64,000 nt of DNA from contig JBHGNT010000005.1 in NCBI GenBank assembly GCA_043228905.1, positions 24,180,001-24,244,000 on the forward strand, read 5' to 3'. A model generated the notes under the pieces. That model saw nothing but the letters and a program-made list of their open reading frames with translations. It did no database searches and was not told where the DNA came from. Of the stretch, positions 25,740 to 36,611 are shown piece by piece. Position 1 is the stretch's first letter. Every line of letters begins with the position of its first letter. Origin of the DNA: Azolla caroliniana (lineage: Eukaryota; Plantae; Polypodiophyta). Position numbers and translations under genes: made by a program.

Positions 25740-26756
25740 TGGCCGACGGGAGCAATGAATGGCTATATGTCCTGGACCTTCGCAATATAAGCACAGACGG
25801 TTTGCTTGACGTCGTTGTTTCTCTTCATTCGACAACGGTCCTCATCATTGGGTCATATCGATCTCCATGGGTGTAGGCCTATCCATTGGGGCTGGACTAC
25901 GTGGTTGCCTTGGAGTAGGAGCAAGGTTGTATGTTTTCCTTGGAGATGACTGTGCAGTTACTGATTTATAAGTTGGTGTGAATCTTGATCTTGTTATTTG
26001 TTGTTTTTGTTCACATCGACACTCAAAAAGATGATTATCGCACCATATTGCTCGACTAATAGCTTCTATAAGAGATTTTGGATCCTCGAGGAATGTAAGA
26101 AGTAATTCTTTTACATCGCTACGAAGACAGGAACAAAACTGCTCCATTAGGTCTTGTTCGCCCCAAGGAATATCGCTTGCGATGAGACAAAAATTGGTTG
26201 CATATGTCGATGTTGGCTGATCACCTTGACGTAGTGTACGAATCTTGTTGATCGTTGTTCTTGCCCCATCTGTATCTCCAAAGCAAGCCTTAAATTCTTT
26301 GGCAAATTCCTCGAAATTATGGAGTAGAGGAGAATTTGTCTCTAATAATGGAGCAAACCACGATAACGTTATGCCAGTGAATAAGGTTCCCACTAACCCA
26401 ACTCGAGATGCATCTGCCGGATAACGCATGGGATGCATTTAAATTACCAACCGCACTTGATTCAAGAAACCTCGAAAATACGCCCTCGAACCATCAAATT
26501 TAGCGAGGAGGCTGATTTTGGGCTCCTTGATAATTCCTTGACCTTCGACCCTTTGTTGTTGTAAAATTACGATTGTTGACTCTAGTTGTTGCACCCGTCG
26601 CGTAAACTTCTCTATTTGTTGTTGCTTCTCCACAGTAACCTTTTGTAGATCTTCAAGAAGACATTGATTCTCTAATTCAAGAGATGCGAACTTGGATTTA
26701 AGATTCTCCATTTCAGCAACAAGGGTGAGATATTCTTCTGAGTTGATGGCAGCCAT
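25740..26756 (-). pseudogene. gypsy (Tcn1/sushi/PEG10-like) gag with in-frame stops
   Basis: KEPKISLLAKFDGSRAYFRGFLNQVRL*MHPMRY...IRTLRQGDQPTSTYATNF...PTPMEID, then GPLSNEEKQRRQANRLCLYCEGPGHIAIHC (CCHC). Confidence 0.9.
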
Positions 26757-26914
26757 GGTTTCGTGATGTTTATAGAGGAGGATAAAGGAGAGAGAAAAAT
26801 TCAAATCAAACTGTCAGAACCAAGACAAAAGATAAAGTGACAGAAGAAAGATATAAAGAGATCACAAGAAGAGAGGAATGAAATGATAAGAGAAGAATGA
26901 ATGTATTAAAGTAG

Positions 26915-27266
26915 TGTTGAGAGACAAGCTCAACATCGGCCGGATCGACTGAAGAAGCTGAGGACCGCATTGGTTGGGACCGATCGGTTAGGCCGAGTGC
27001 GTAAACCGGGAGTTAGTGTAGGAGCTCTTGATGAGCATTGAAGTACTATCAGTACTTCGGTCAGTCCTTCTAGGAATTGTATAAAAGTGTTCACTGAGCA
27101 CGACTTATGTACAGACAGAGTATTATTGTTGAATGTAGTTCTTGTGTTCTCTCTCACTCTCTCTGTCTCTCCCGCGTATACTGCGTAAGCTCAAGCTCTC
27201 CATTAAACCTGAGTGTTCTTCCTTCTGTTCGGTCTTCATACCTGCTTCCGCACGCTACGTTCTACA
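26915..27266 (+). repeat. 5' LTR of copia C
   Basis: Matches 32168-32559 except for a 40-bp indel and ~9 substitutions. Confidence 0.96.
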
Positions 27267-27338
27267 TGGTATCAGAGCGCGAGGGTTGAGAACCTCTCTG
27301 CAGTCGACACAGCTTGACGAAGAAGAACAAGAAGAACG

Positions 27339-30300
27339 ATGGATAGAGGCATGGCGAGCTCGCTTCCAACAGAGAAGCTCGATAGAACCAACTACGCGTC
27401 TTGGTCCTACAAGATGCACCAATACCTGCTCGGGCACGGCTATTGGAGTTATGTCGAAGGAGCTAATGACGCGGCACCCGAATCGACACACAGAGACTTC
27501 CCGTCGTGGGAGCAATCGGCGAGTAGGGTATTATACTGCTTCGCGTCGTGTGTGGGCGAACAACTATTGAGCTATGTTCGGGATGCATAGACGTCGAAGG
27601 GTGCATGGGAAAATCTGAAGAAGATTTTCGCCGCAAGCATCACAGCTAGGAAGCTTCAGCTCCGACAAGAGTTGAGCAACCTACGACAACGCGACTTGTC
27701 GGTGGCGGACTACACCTCGAAGATCAAGGATATCTGCGACTCCCTCGCCTCCATAGAGGTGAACATTGAGGAGAGTGAGATGGTCCAGATCTATCTTGGA
27801 GGTTTGGCGTCGAAGTTCGGAGCGTTCCGAACGGCTGTGTGTACCCGGGAGAATATGCCGTCCTTTTTCGACTTACAGTCAATGCTCCTGGTAGAGGAGA
27901 ACCACGCGGGTGCGTCTACAAGCACGCACGCCGACAACAGAATGTTGTACACGGAGGGAGATAGGCCCCGTGGACGTGGAGGACGAGGCGAGTCGGGGCG
28001 CAATGGAGGCGGCCGACGAGATCAAGGAAGAAGGCACCGAAGTGATGCTGACAGCAACTCCGAACCCTTCGGAAACAGGGGGAGTCGAAGCAATGAGAAC
28101 CGGCAAGGGAAGGCCATCGCAGAGTGCTGGTACTATGGCAAGAAAGGCCACAGGGAAAGTGAGTGTTGGAAGAAGCGTGCTGATTCGGAGAGAACCGGTT
28201 CCGGAAACGGCTCCAAACATACCGACAAGGGAAATCGGTAGCGATCGCACTACGCCGAAGACTCCGGGAGAGCCGGAGAAGGGTCTGTCTTCGTGACGAG
28301 ACACGAAGTAAACTCAATGAAGCAGACCACCCCGAGATCGGACGAGGTGTGGTACGTAGACTTCGGCGCGTCAAACCACATGACAAGCCATAAGGAGTGG
28401 TTCTCGTACCTTGAAAAACCGATACAACATGGAGTAGTCGCAACTGGAGACGACACTACGCATCCGATCGCGAATGTCGGAGAAGTTCCCCTTAGCCATG
28501 TTGGGCAGAAAGGGAAACTCATGAACGTGCTGCACGTCCCGACAATCACGAAAAACTTGGTCTCGGTCGGACAGATCGTCGACCAAGGGATGGAGGTTCG
28601 GTTTACACACCTCGGGTGCTTCATTGAGGAAGAAGGCCGTGTGATTGTGCAAGGGCGCAGAGACGGGAGGATGTTCATCCTCGACTCCACTGACGGCGGC
28701 ACCGCAATGTTCGCAAAGGGAAGAAAAACCGAGTCGGACATCAACTTGTGGCATAAGCAGATAGGCCACGTCAACTACCAGCGGCTTCAAGATCTGCAAA
28801 CGAAACAGGTAGTATTCGGATTGCCCAAATTTAGTGGCCGAAAGGCACAAATTTGTGAAGCCTGCCAGCTCGGGAAGCAACACCGACTTCCTTTCCCAAA
28901 CAAGCGAAACCGGAGCCGGAATAAGCTCGACCTTATACACTCCGATGTATGGGGGCCAGCACAAAACATTAGTCTTGGTGGGAGCCGATATTTCGTCTCC
29001 TTCATCGACGACCACACGCGGCACACGTGGATCTACCTCATTGAGAGGAAGAGCAAAGTCTTCGACTGTTTCCGGGACCTCAAAGGGTTCGTGGAAAAGG
29101 AAACGAGACGAAAGATCAAGTGCCTACGGTCGGATGGCGGGAAAGAGTACTTTTCTGGTCAATTCAACGGTTATCTACAACAAATGGGAATTCGGCGCGA
29201 ATTCAGTTGTAGATACACGCCGGAGCAGAACGGCGTGGCCGAGAGAAAGAATCGGTCGATTGTGGAAGCGGCACGGGCAATGCTGGAGGAGAAGAGCTTG
29301 CCCAAGTTCTACTGGGTCGAGGCGGTAAGGACCGCGGTATACATCCAGAACCGGATCGGAGACAAAGTGTCGGCGCACCAGCTATATTTCGGAACGAAGC
29401 CGAACTTGCGACACTTGAGGGTGTTCGGTAGCATTGCGTATGTGCATATACCGAAGGAGAAAAGGAGGAAGTTGGACGCAAAGGCCGAGAAATGCATCTT
29501 GGTCGGTTACTCAGACGAGCAGAAGGGTTATAAGTGCTATAACCCTCGCACCAAACAAGCGCGTGTCAGCCGCGACGTTGTGTTTGACGAGTCCGCGTCC
29601 TAGTACCAGCCCCCGACTCCGAACCCCGACTCCAATCCGAGCTCTGACGATGAGGTTAGAGAGGCCGAGATGCCTCCGGATGAGCCCGAAATCGAGACCC
29701 GTGACGAGAGTCCGATTTCACTCCGGTTAAGTGGACCGATTGGACGACTGAGTCGGTACGACCAGTCCGATGAAGAGTCGGCGAGTAGTGGAGACTCGGC
29801 CGTTTATTCCCCGCGCAGGAAGCCGAGGAGACGGTTTACGCGCAAAGAGAAAAGGAAGAAGAAGGTGTCGGATTCTGGCACGGATAGGAACAAGTCAGAC
29901 CGACGCGAATCCGACTCCGAGGGAACCGGTGACGGGTCTTTAAAGGTGAAGACCACGTCGACCGAGAAGGCCTCGACATCGGCTAATGTGAGATTACGCC
30001 GATCTACCCGCCAGAAGAATCCTGTTTTGCGGTTCGGATACAACGAGTACATGGCGCATCATTATGCGTACATGACCCGTGTAGCGAAAGTGCGTGAGCC
30101 GGAGAGCTACGCAGAAGCAGCTAAAAACGCGAATTGGCGTGCCGCGATGGAGGAAGAGATGCACGCATTGGCGGAAAACGAGACCTGGGACCTGGTTGAC
30201 GCACCAACAAGGGTAAAACCGATCGGGTGTAGGTGCGTGTACAAGGTCAAGTACAACACCGATGGCTCTGTTAACCGGTACAAGGCTCGGCTAGTGGCAA

Positions 30301-32173
30301 AGGGCTACGTGCAGAAACACGGCATCGACTACGATGAGACGTTTGCGCCGGTCGCGAAAATGACGACCGTCCGTGCTTTGCTCGCAGTAGCTGCGGCGAA
30401 GGGGTGGCACTTACATCAGATGGATGTAAAGAATGCGTTCCTGCAAGGTGACCTTGAGGAACAGGTGTACATGGTACAGCCCCCCGGATTTCACTCCGGA
30501 ACGAACTCCTCGGCAGTATGCCGACTGAAGAAGTCCCTTTACGGACTGAAGCAAGCCCTACGTGCCTGGAACGCGAAGATCACGTAACAACTGCGTCGGA
30601 TGGGCTTCGTCACGACAAAATCGGACTCTTCCCTGTTCATCCGGAAAGGTCGACTCGGACCGGTTAGTATTTTACTATATGTTGATGACTTGGTCATCAC
30701 CGGCACCGACCTAGGTGAAATCGACCACATGAAGCTCCAGCTTGCGGCATCGTTCGACATGAAGGATCTGGGGGACCTTCATTACTTCCTCGGGATCGAA
30801 GTGATCCGTACCCCCGAAGGCATATTGATCAGCCAACGTCATTACGTGTTGGGTATGCTCTTCAAACTCGGGATGGCCGACTGTAAGTCCGTCTCGACTC
30901 CTCTGGATAGAACCGTCAAGCTTCGTCCCGATACGGGAAAGGTATACGACCCGACAAGGTTCCGACAAATTGTCGGAAGCCTCATATACTTGACCATCAC
31001 CCGACCCGACCTCAGTTATCCAGTCGGGGTGATCAGTCAGTTCATGGCGTGACCTACCGAGGAGCACCTTCAGTGTGCGCAATGCATACTTCGGTATGTC
31101 AATGGCACTAAGGACTGGGGACTGTTATATCGGACCGGTGCAGCCGCGCAGTTAGTCGGCTACACCGATGCTGATTGGGTTGCAACGCCGCCGATCGTCG
31201 ATCCACGTCTGGATACGCGTTCTCCCTCGGGAGTGCCGCGATCGCGTGGAGCCGTAAGAAGCAGCCGACAGTTGCATTGTCGAGCACCGAAGCTGAGTAC
31301 CGAGGAGCGGCTGTCGCAACATGCGAAGCCATATGGTTGAAGCGGCTACTTAAGGACCTGCAAGAGGAGGTGTCAGATCCGACGACGATCTACTATGACA
31401 ACCTCAGCAGCATCCAACTTGCGAAAAACCTCGTTTTCCACACACAGACCAAGCACATTGAGGTGCACTACCATTTCGTCCGTGAGCGTGTCCTTTCCGG
31501 TGAAGTCGAACTTCAGTACGTGCCGACGGATCGGCAGATTGCCGACATCTTCACCAAGCCTCTTGGTCTGGACAAGTTGCGGCAATTCTCAGGTGCGCTC
31601 GGATTGCGTCACCTCGACATGCCAAACTTGAGGGGGAGAACAGTCCCGAACGACCAAGCAAGGCAGCAGGAAAGGAGCGGAGACCGCGACACCACCGAGT
31701 CGGTTGACTCGTTTGTCGAGTTCGACTACTTCGGATCGGCTGAAGAAGCCGAGGGCGGACCCGCGGAAAAGTTCGGAAGAGGACAGAAGGGGAGCAGCCG
31801 AAGGAGAGAGCTGAAGCCAACCACACATGGGGAAGATGACGTCATCAAGGGCGAGAAGACCGAAGACGAGTTGGAGACAGCCAACTCGGACGAGAGCGAA
31901 GACCGATCGGAGGTAGCCGAGTCGGTTCGGATGGTTGATTCAGATACGCTGAATCAACCGAGGCCCAAGCGGAAGAAAAGGCAACAGGAGAAGCGTCAAC
32001 ACCGCAACAGCAGAAGAGCTGATAAGGGCCACATGAGCAGACAAGCCGACCGGAAGGGTCGAAGCGCGCGGAGTCGAACAGGTCGAGGAGCGCGAGCGAG
32101 GCGAGAAGCCAGGAGGAACCGGTGCTGTGAAGATCCCGAAGAGCCTCAAGTTGAGCTTGAGGGGGAGTGTTGA
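27339..32173 (+). pseudogene. copia C gag-pol polyprotein, broken by about five premature stops and a frameshift
   Basis: MDRGMASSLPTEKLDRTNYASW...; WYVDFGASNHMT (PR); integrase HHCC and D,D,E; RT LLYVDDL; RNase H STEAEY / ADIFTKPL; charged tail ending VELEGEC*. Confidence 0.96.
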
Positions 32174-32559
32174 GAGACAAGCTCAACATCGGCCGGATCG
32201 GCTGAAGAAGCCGAGGACTAGATCGGTTGGGACCGATCGGTTAGGCCGAGTGCGTAAACCAGGAGGTCGTTAGGAAAGATACTCCGTGAGGAATATATTT
32301 GGGAGTTAGTGTAGGAGCTCTTGATGAGCATTGAAGTACTGTCAGTACTTCGGTCAGTCCTTCTAGGACTTGTATAAAAGTGTTCACTGAGCACGACTTA
32401 TGTACAGACAGAGTATTATTGTTGAATGTAGTTCTTGTGTTCTCTCTCACTCTCTCTGTCTCTCCCGCGTATACTGCGTAAGCTCAAGCTCTCCATTAAA
32501 CCTGAGTGTTCTTCCTTCTGTTCGGTCTTCATACCTGCTTCCGCACGCTACTTTCTACA
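32168..32559 (+). repeat. 3' LTR of copia C
   Basis: Direct repeat of the 5' LTR, followed by TSD AGTAG. Confidence 0.96.
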
Positions 32560-33299
32560 AGTAGAATGAGAATGGATACAAGATAGGCGATGAGAGCTTA
32601 AGACTGGTGTTGATTCGAATTGATTTGAGAATACATGTATGCCCCTATTTATAGGTTCCTATAGAATAGCCTAGAGATTTCTATAATGTTATAGACCTAG
32701 AATATTCTATGATGTTCTAGGATATTATAGAATGTTCTAGAATGTTCCAGAGTATTTTTACAATAATCGGTGTATTACAAGAAGTAGTTTTTATCATCTC
32801 ATATGATCATAAGTTATTTTAATGGTTGGGTTCTTGATTATGTATTACAAGGTCTTGGGTTCAAGCCTAGGTGAAGCCATGATGTTTATGTATTCATGAC
32901 ACTAAAATGACATAGGAAAATTTATACCAAAACCCTAAAAACCAAGAACAAAAATATCGAACACCAAAATAATGCCTCTAAGTCCCCTTTTTATAGTGAG
33001 AAAGATGTCCACCAACCATAATAAATGCACAAATGTCGCCTTTTTAATCGAGATGCATAAAGGGTAGATAAGACGGATGCACTCATGCGTCAAGATTTTA
33101 ACTATACTCATTTCCCCACACAATCAATGCCCTTTTTCTCCTTATTCCCCCTTTGAGCCCACCATGTCATGACATCCACCACCACCAAACGCACACAACC
33201 TATAGTATGTGCCAAGAATGGTGAGGTTGAGGGTAGTCATCCCTCGTTTGTCTCACTCTGTGCACCTTGCTCTTCAGTATCTTCATTTTCCTCAAGTCT

Positions 33300-34430
33300 T
33301 TTGAGATCCGGCTCCTCCTACCGCTTCTTGAAGAACATCACTCTTTTTCTAGCCGATTCTCTGTCCAGTTCAACAAGTAGTAGCTACCATTGTCATTTGT
33401 GTTGGTCATCACATATAACCCAAATCTTTGGCTCACGAACTTCCTCGATGAGCTATGCTAGATATAAAGTCTATTGTCATACACGATCACTCAATCTCCC
33501 TCTTCAATCTTCCTCAGTCATAGTGGGTGCATCCGTTTGAACCTACCCTTATTCTTGACCCTAATAACCTTCAATCGGTCCATTACCAACTCCAGGTCTT
33601 TCGGTTTCCTCTCAAGATGTCTTATCCTCATTGCAAGAGTGAAGTATTCTTTGCTCATTTCATCCTCTTACGACATTTCCATCCATAAACCCAGTCTAGG
33701 GTGGTTCTATCATCCCATAAAGCATAAGGCAATAGTCAGGACCAGACTTCCTACACAGGTTCTAATAATTGTTTTGACTATAGGACCATGACCTCGCGCC
33801 ATCTTCCCCTTGGTCTCTTCAACTCATGCAATTGTAAGGGAGAGCTTTATTCATAAATGTTCATGTATCTCTCTCGCTTCGTTTTTATTTAACTCTGAAC
33901 CATCTAGCACTATCTTGCAAACATAGCCATATCGACATATGACTTCTTCTAGGAGGAACTTGCATACCACCACTATAGTTTTGTTTCTTAGGGCTCTTCC
34001 ATCCACATGGTTCTTAAGGTCCTCACTTGCAAGCACCAAGTATTTCATCTACCCCACCCCCATCAACCTGACTACTAAGTCCACCATACACTTAAAGTGT
34101 ATGACAAGTGGGTAGCACATTTCAGTGTCAACACTTGAGTGTAGGCGACATCCTTGTACATTCGTGGCCATCAATAATTTTTCTTTAGCTTCACGAATGT
34201 TGCCCACATATGGTGATACCCATGTGGCATGCCCCAAGGACTATCTTGGAATTCAGACACCAAAGTTGTATGTTCCTCCTCCTTGCAAACCACTGTCAAT
34301 GGTGTTCTCGTTCTCTTATTCAGGTGCTTCGAAAGATACCTCTGTCTTTTAGGAAGTACTTGTATACCTTCTTCTGGATCCTTTGTGTGCCGCCTCCTCC
34401 TCCTTTGAAGTGCATGAGTGAAGATTACAG
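33300..34430 (-). pseudogene. old Ty3/gypsy integrase remnant (probably non-chromovirus)
   Basis: Frameshifted pieces: WATFVKLKK.Y (zinc-finger region), HFKCMVDLV, KYLVLASEDLKNHVDGRALRNKT...KFLLEEVICRYG..KIVLDGSEL (integrase core) and a GPY/F-like RKFVSQRFGLY segment. Confidence 0.75.
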
Positions 34431-34600
34431 ATAACGGAGGGAGGTATGGCCTCATTGAAAATTGGAGGGGTATTTTCAGAATTATGCAAAACCATTGGAG
34501 GGGTATTTTCGGAATTATGAAAATTGGAGGGGTATTTAACTAAGAAGAAGGAAGAAGGAGGAGGAGGAGGAAGAAGAAGAAGAAGAAGAAGAGAGAAGCC

Positions 34601-34840
34601 ATGCGAGACGGAAGGCCTCTCCAAGAGATCTGCAGAGCCTTCTCTGAACTCCTCGCAGATTCTTCGGACCTCAAGCTCGTTAAGGAAGATGATGATGAAG
34701 AGGAGCGTGGTGACGGCGAGATGGAGAGGATCAGAGATGTGGACGTCGTGTCCTTCGCCAACGCCTCGTCTCGGGTTTCTGTACTCTTTCGACACCTTGG
34801 AATTGCTTTCAAATTCGCTGAGCGTGACTATGTCTCCAAG

Positions 34841-34887
<47 letters not shown>

Positions 34888-36611
34888 CTGAACATATCGT
34901 AGTTTATGCTACCTTTGATTGTTAGTATATAAAGGTGTAAATTTGACCTAAAATTCGTTGTCTTTTGGAAATAAGATTTCGCAACTTTCCCTGGCGTTAG
35001 CAGTGGAATACTGAATGTGCAGCACAATGTGTAAGGGTAAATGCAAATAGTGTAGGATGAATTGAAGGCTAGTTATATGGGAGGTCCTAATGCGGAGGAT
35101 GTCTAAGGACTAGAGATATCTCTGTATTTAGAAATAGAGGGAGGGAGGTTGATTCATTTGTTATCCAGATAAATCTCTTATATGGGCCTAGATTTTCTTT
35201 GCCATAAATAAGAGTCATGAACATGGATTTAGCACAGGGAAAACTTGATATTTTGATGTGGGATGTTAGCACTGGAAATAATGGAGATTGAGAACGTGAC
35301 TTCCATTCCATATTAATGAGAAGAGTTTCTATTCTAGAACATCGTTACCTGCCAATCATGGTTAACAATGATGTAGTATGCTCATCATGAATGCCACAAG
35401 ATGACATGGAACATCTTGATGCAGGGGAGTTAGTGTTGTATTCGGTTCCTTGGGAAGTGATGGATGCAGCAGTTGTTATCCAAAGTATTTGCATGTCTAT
35501 ATTGGATGAAATTTGAATAAGTTCTCTTTCTAATGAAATGTATAAGCTTCTTCGGAGAGGATATATTTGGATTTGGATTCTGGTAGAAAGTTGCATTTTA
35601 TTTGGTTTACAGGTCAATGATCTAGCAGGGGTGTCCAAGGACATGACGCTACAATCCCTTATTGAATTAGATATCAAAGATGACTGTGTTAAGGTTGCGG
35701 GGAGTCATTCTCGAAATCTACTGAGAGTAAAGCGAGGCCTTGACATGGTGAGAGTATTGTTTGAAGGCCTCATGGATTCTGAGTAATGTTTCTATTCCAT
35801 AAGGCTTTTCATTTTACTCCTCGAAGTAAATTATTTAGATTTTTAGTATTTTTTTTCACATGTTAAAGAGATCTTGCTGCTGTCTCTTTGATAGGTGTAA
35901 ATCTATGAGAGATTCTGCATCACGAGCATATACACAAGTCTTTTCACCACATCATAGCTACCCAATCAGAGCAGCAGTAGCGGCAGGAATGTATACACTT
36001 CCAACAAAGGCCCAATTGCTGGAAAAGCTCAATGAAGATGGTATGATCCTCACCTGTTTATGCAATGTTTTGGTAATTGACTCGTCCTACTCGACAAAAA
36101 ATTATCATATGGACACATATTTTTAGTGATGGAGATATTCATACCTACCATATATGCTAATAGATCCAAATTGTTACAATTAACAAAAATGGCAATAGGT
36201 GTTATAACAATTATTGCCATGTTCTGAGTACTCTTTGGAGAATGAGAAAACTCATATATGTTTATTTATCATGGGTGAGAGATCTGCTCCATTAGAGCTA
36301 TAGGGAGCTTGATATCATCTGCAGATTGAATTTTGTCCTTATGTGGTGAAGAGTTTATGCGGATTATATTAGGTTCCGTTGTAATTGTTTTGTGGAGTCA
36401 GTGATGTAGGCACTAGTTCACCTCTTTTGAGTTGTTCCAATTGTGATATTGGTTTGTTTGTTGCAAAAACTTCCACAAAGTCTAAATTACCTTTTGTTGT
36501 GCAGAGTATTCAGCTAGAACTTTTATGCAGGAATATGTCACTGCTGTGGATAAACTGTCCAAATATGTTGATGGTCTCTTCATATCAAGGGGTTTGGGCA
36601 TTGATTGGTAA
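34601..36611 (+). CDS. ACD11: ACD11-like glycolipid / ceramide-1-phosphate transfer protein (GLTP fold), 4 exons: 34601-34840, 35613-35782, 35895-36040, 36505-36611
   Basis: GT-AG junctions join in frame. Motifs LGIAFKFAERDYVSKVNDL, GSHSRNLLRVKRGLDMVRVLFE, AYTQVFSPHHSYPIRAAVAAGMYTLPTK and C-terminal LFISRGLGIDW*. Confidence 0.93.

Larger units (their letters stand above)
26915..32559 (+). mobile_element. Ty1/copia LTR retrotransposon C (full length), inserted in the gypsy 5' LTR; same lineage as copia A
   Basis: LTRs 26915-27266 (352 bp) and 32168-32559 (392 bp). 5-bp TSD AGTAG (26910-14 / 32560-64). Perfect PBS TGGTATCAGAGC at 27267-78 (tRNA-iMet). PPT AGGGGGAG at 32160-67. Confidence 0.97.
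14620..32779 (-). mobile_element. Ty3/gypsy element, Tcn1/Tf1-sushi-like, 3'-truncated and split by two copia insertions
   Basis: 5' LTR TGTAATACA(32779)...GTTCTGACA(26812), interrupted by copia C, with TATA CCTATAAATAGGGG at ~32655-32642. PEG10/sushi-type gag at 26756-25740; protease and RT N-terminus at 15480-14620. No 3' LTR was found. Confidence 0.85.
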
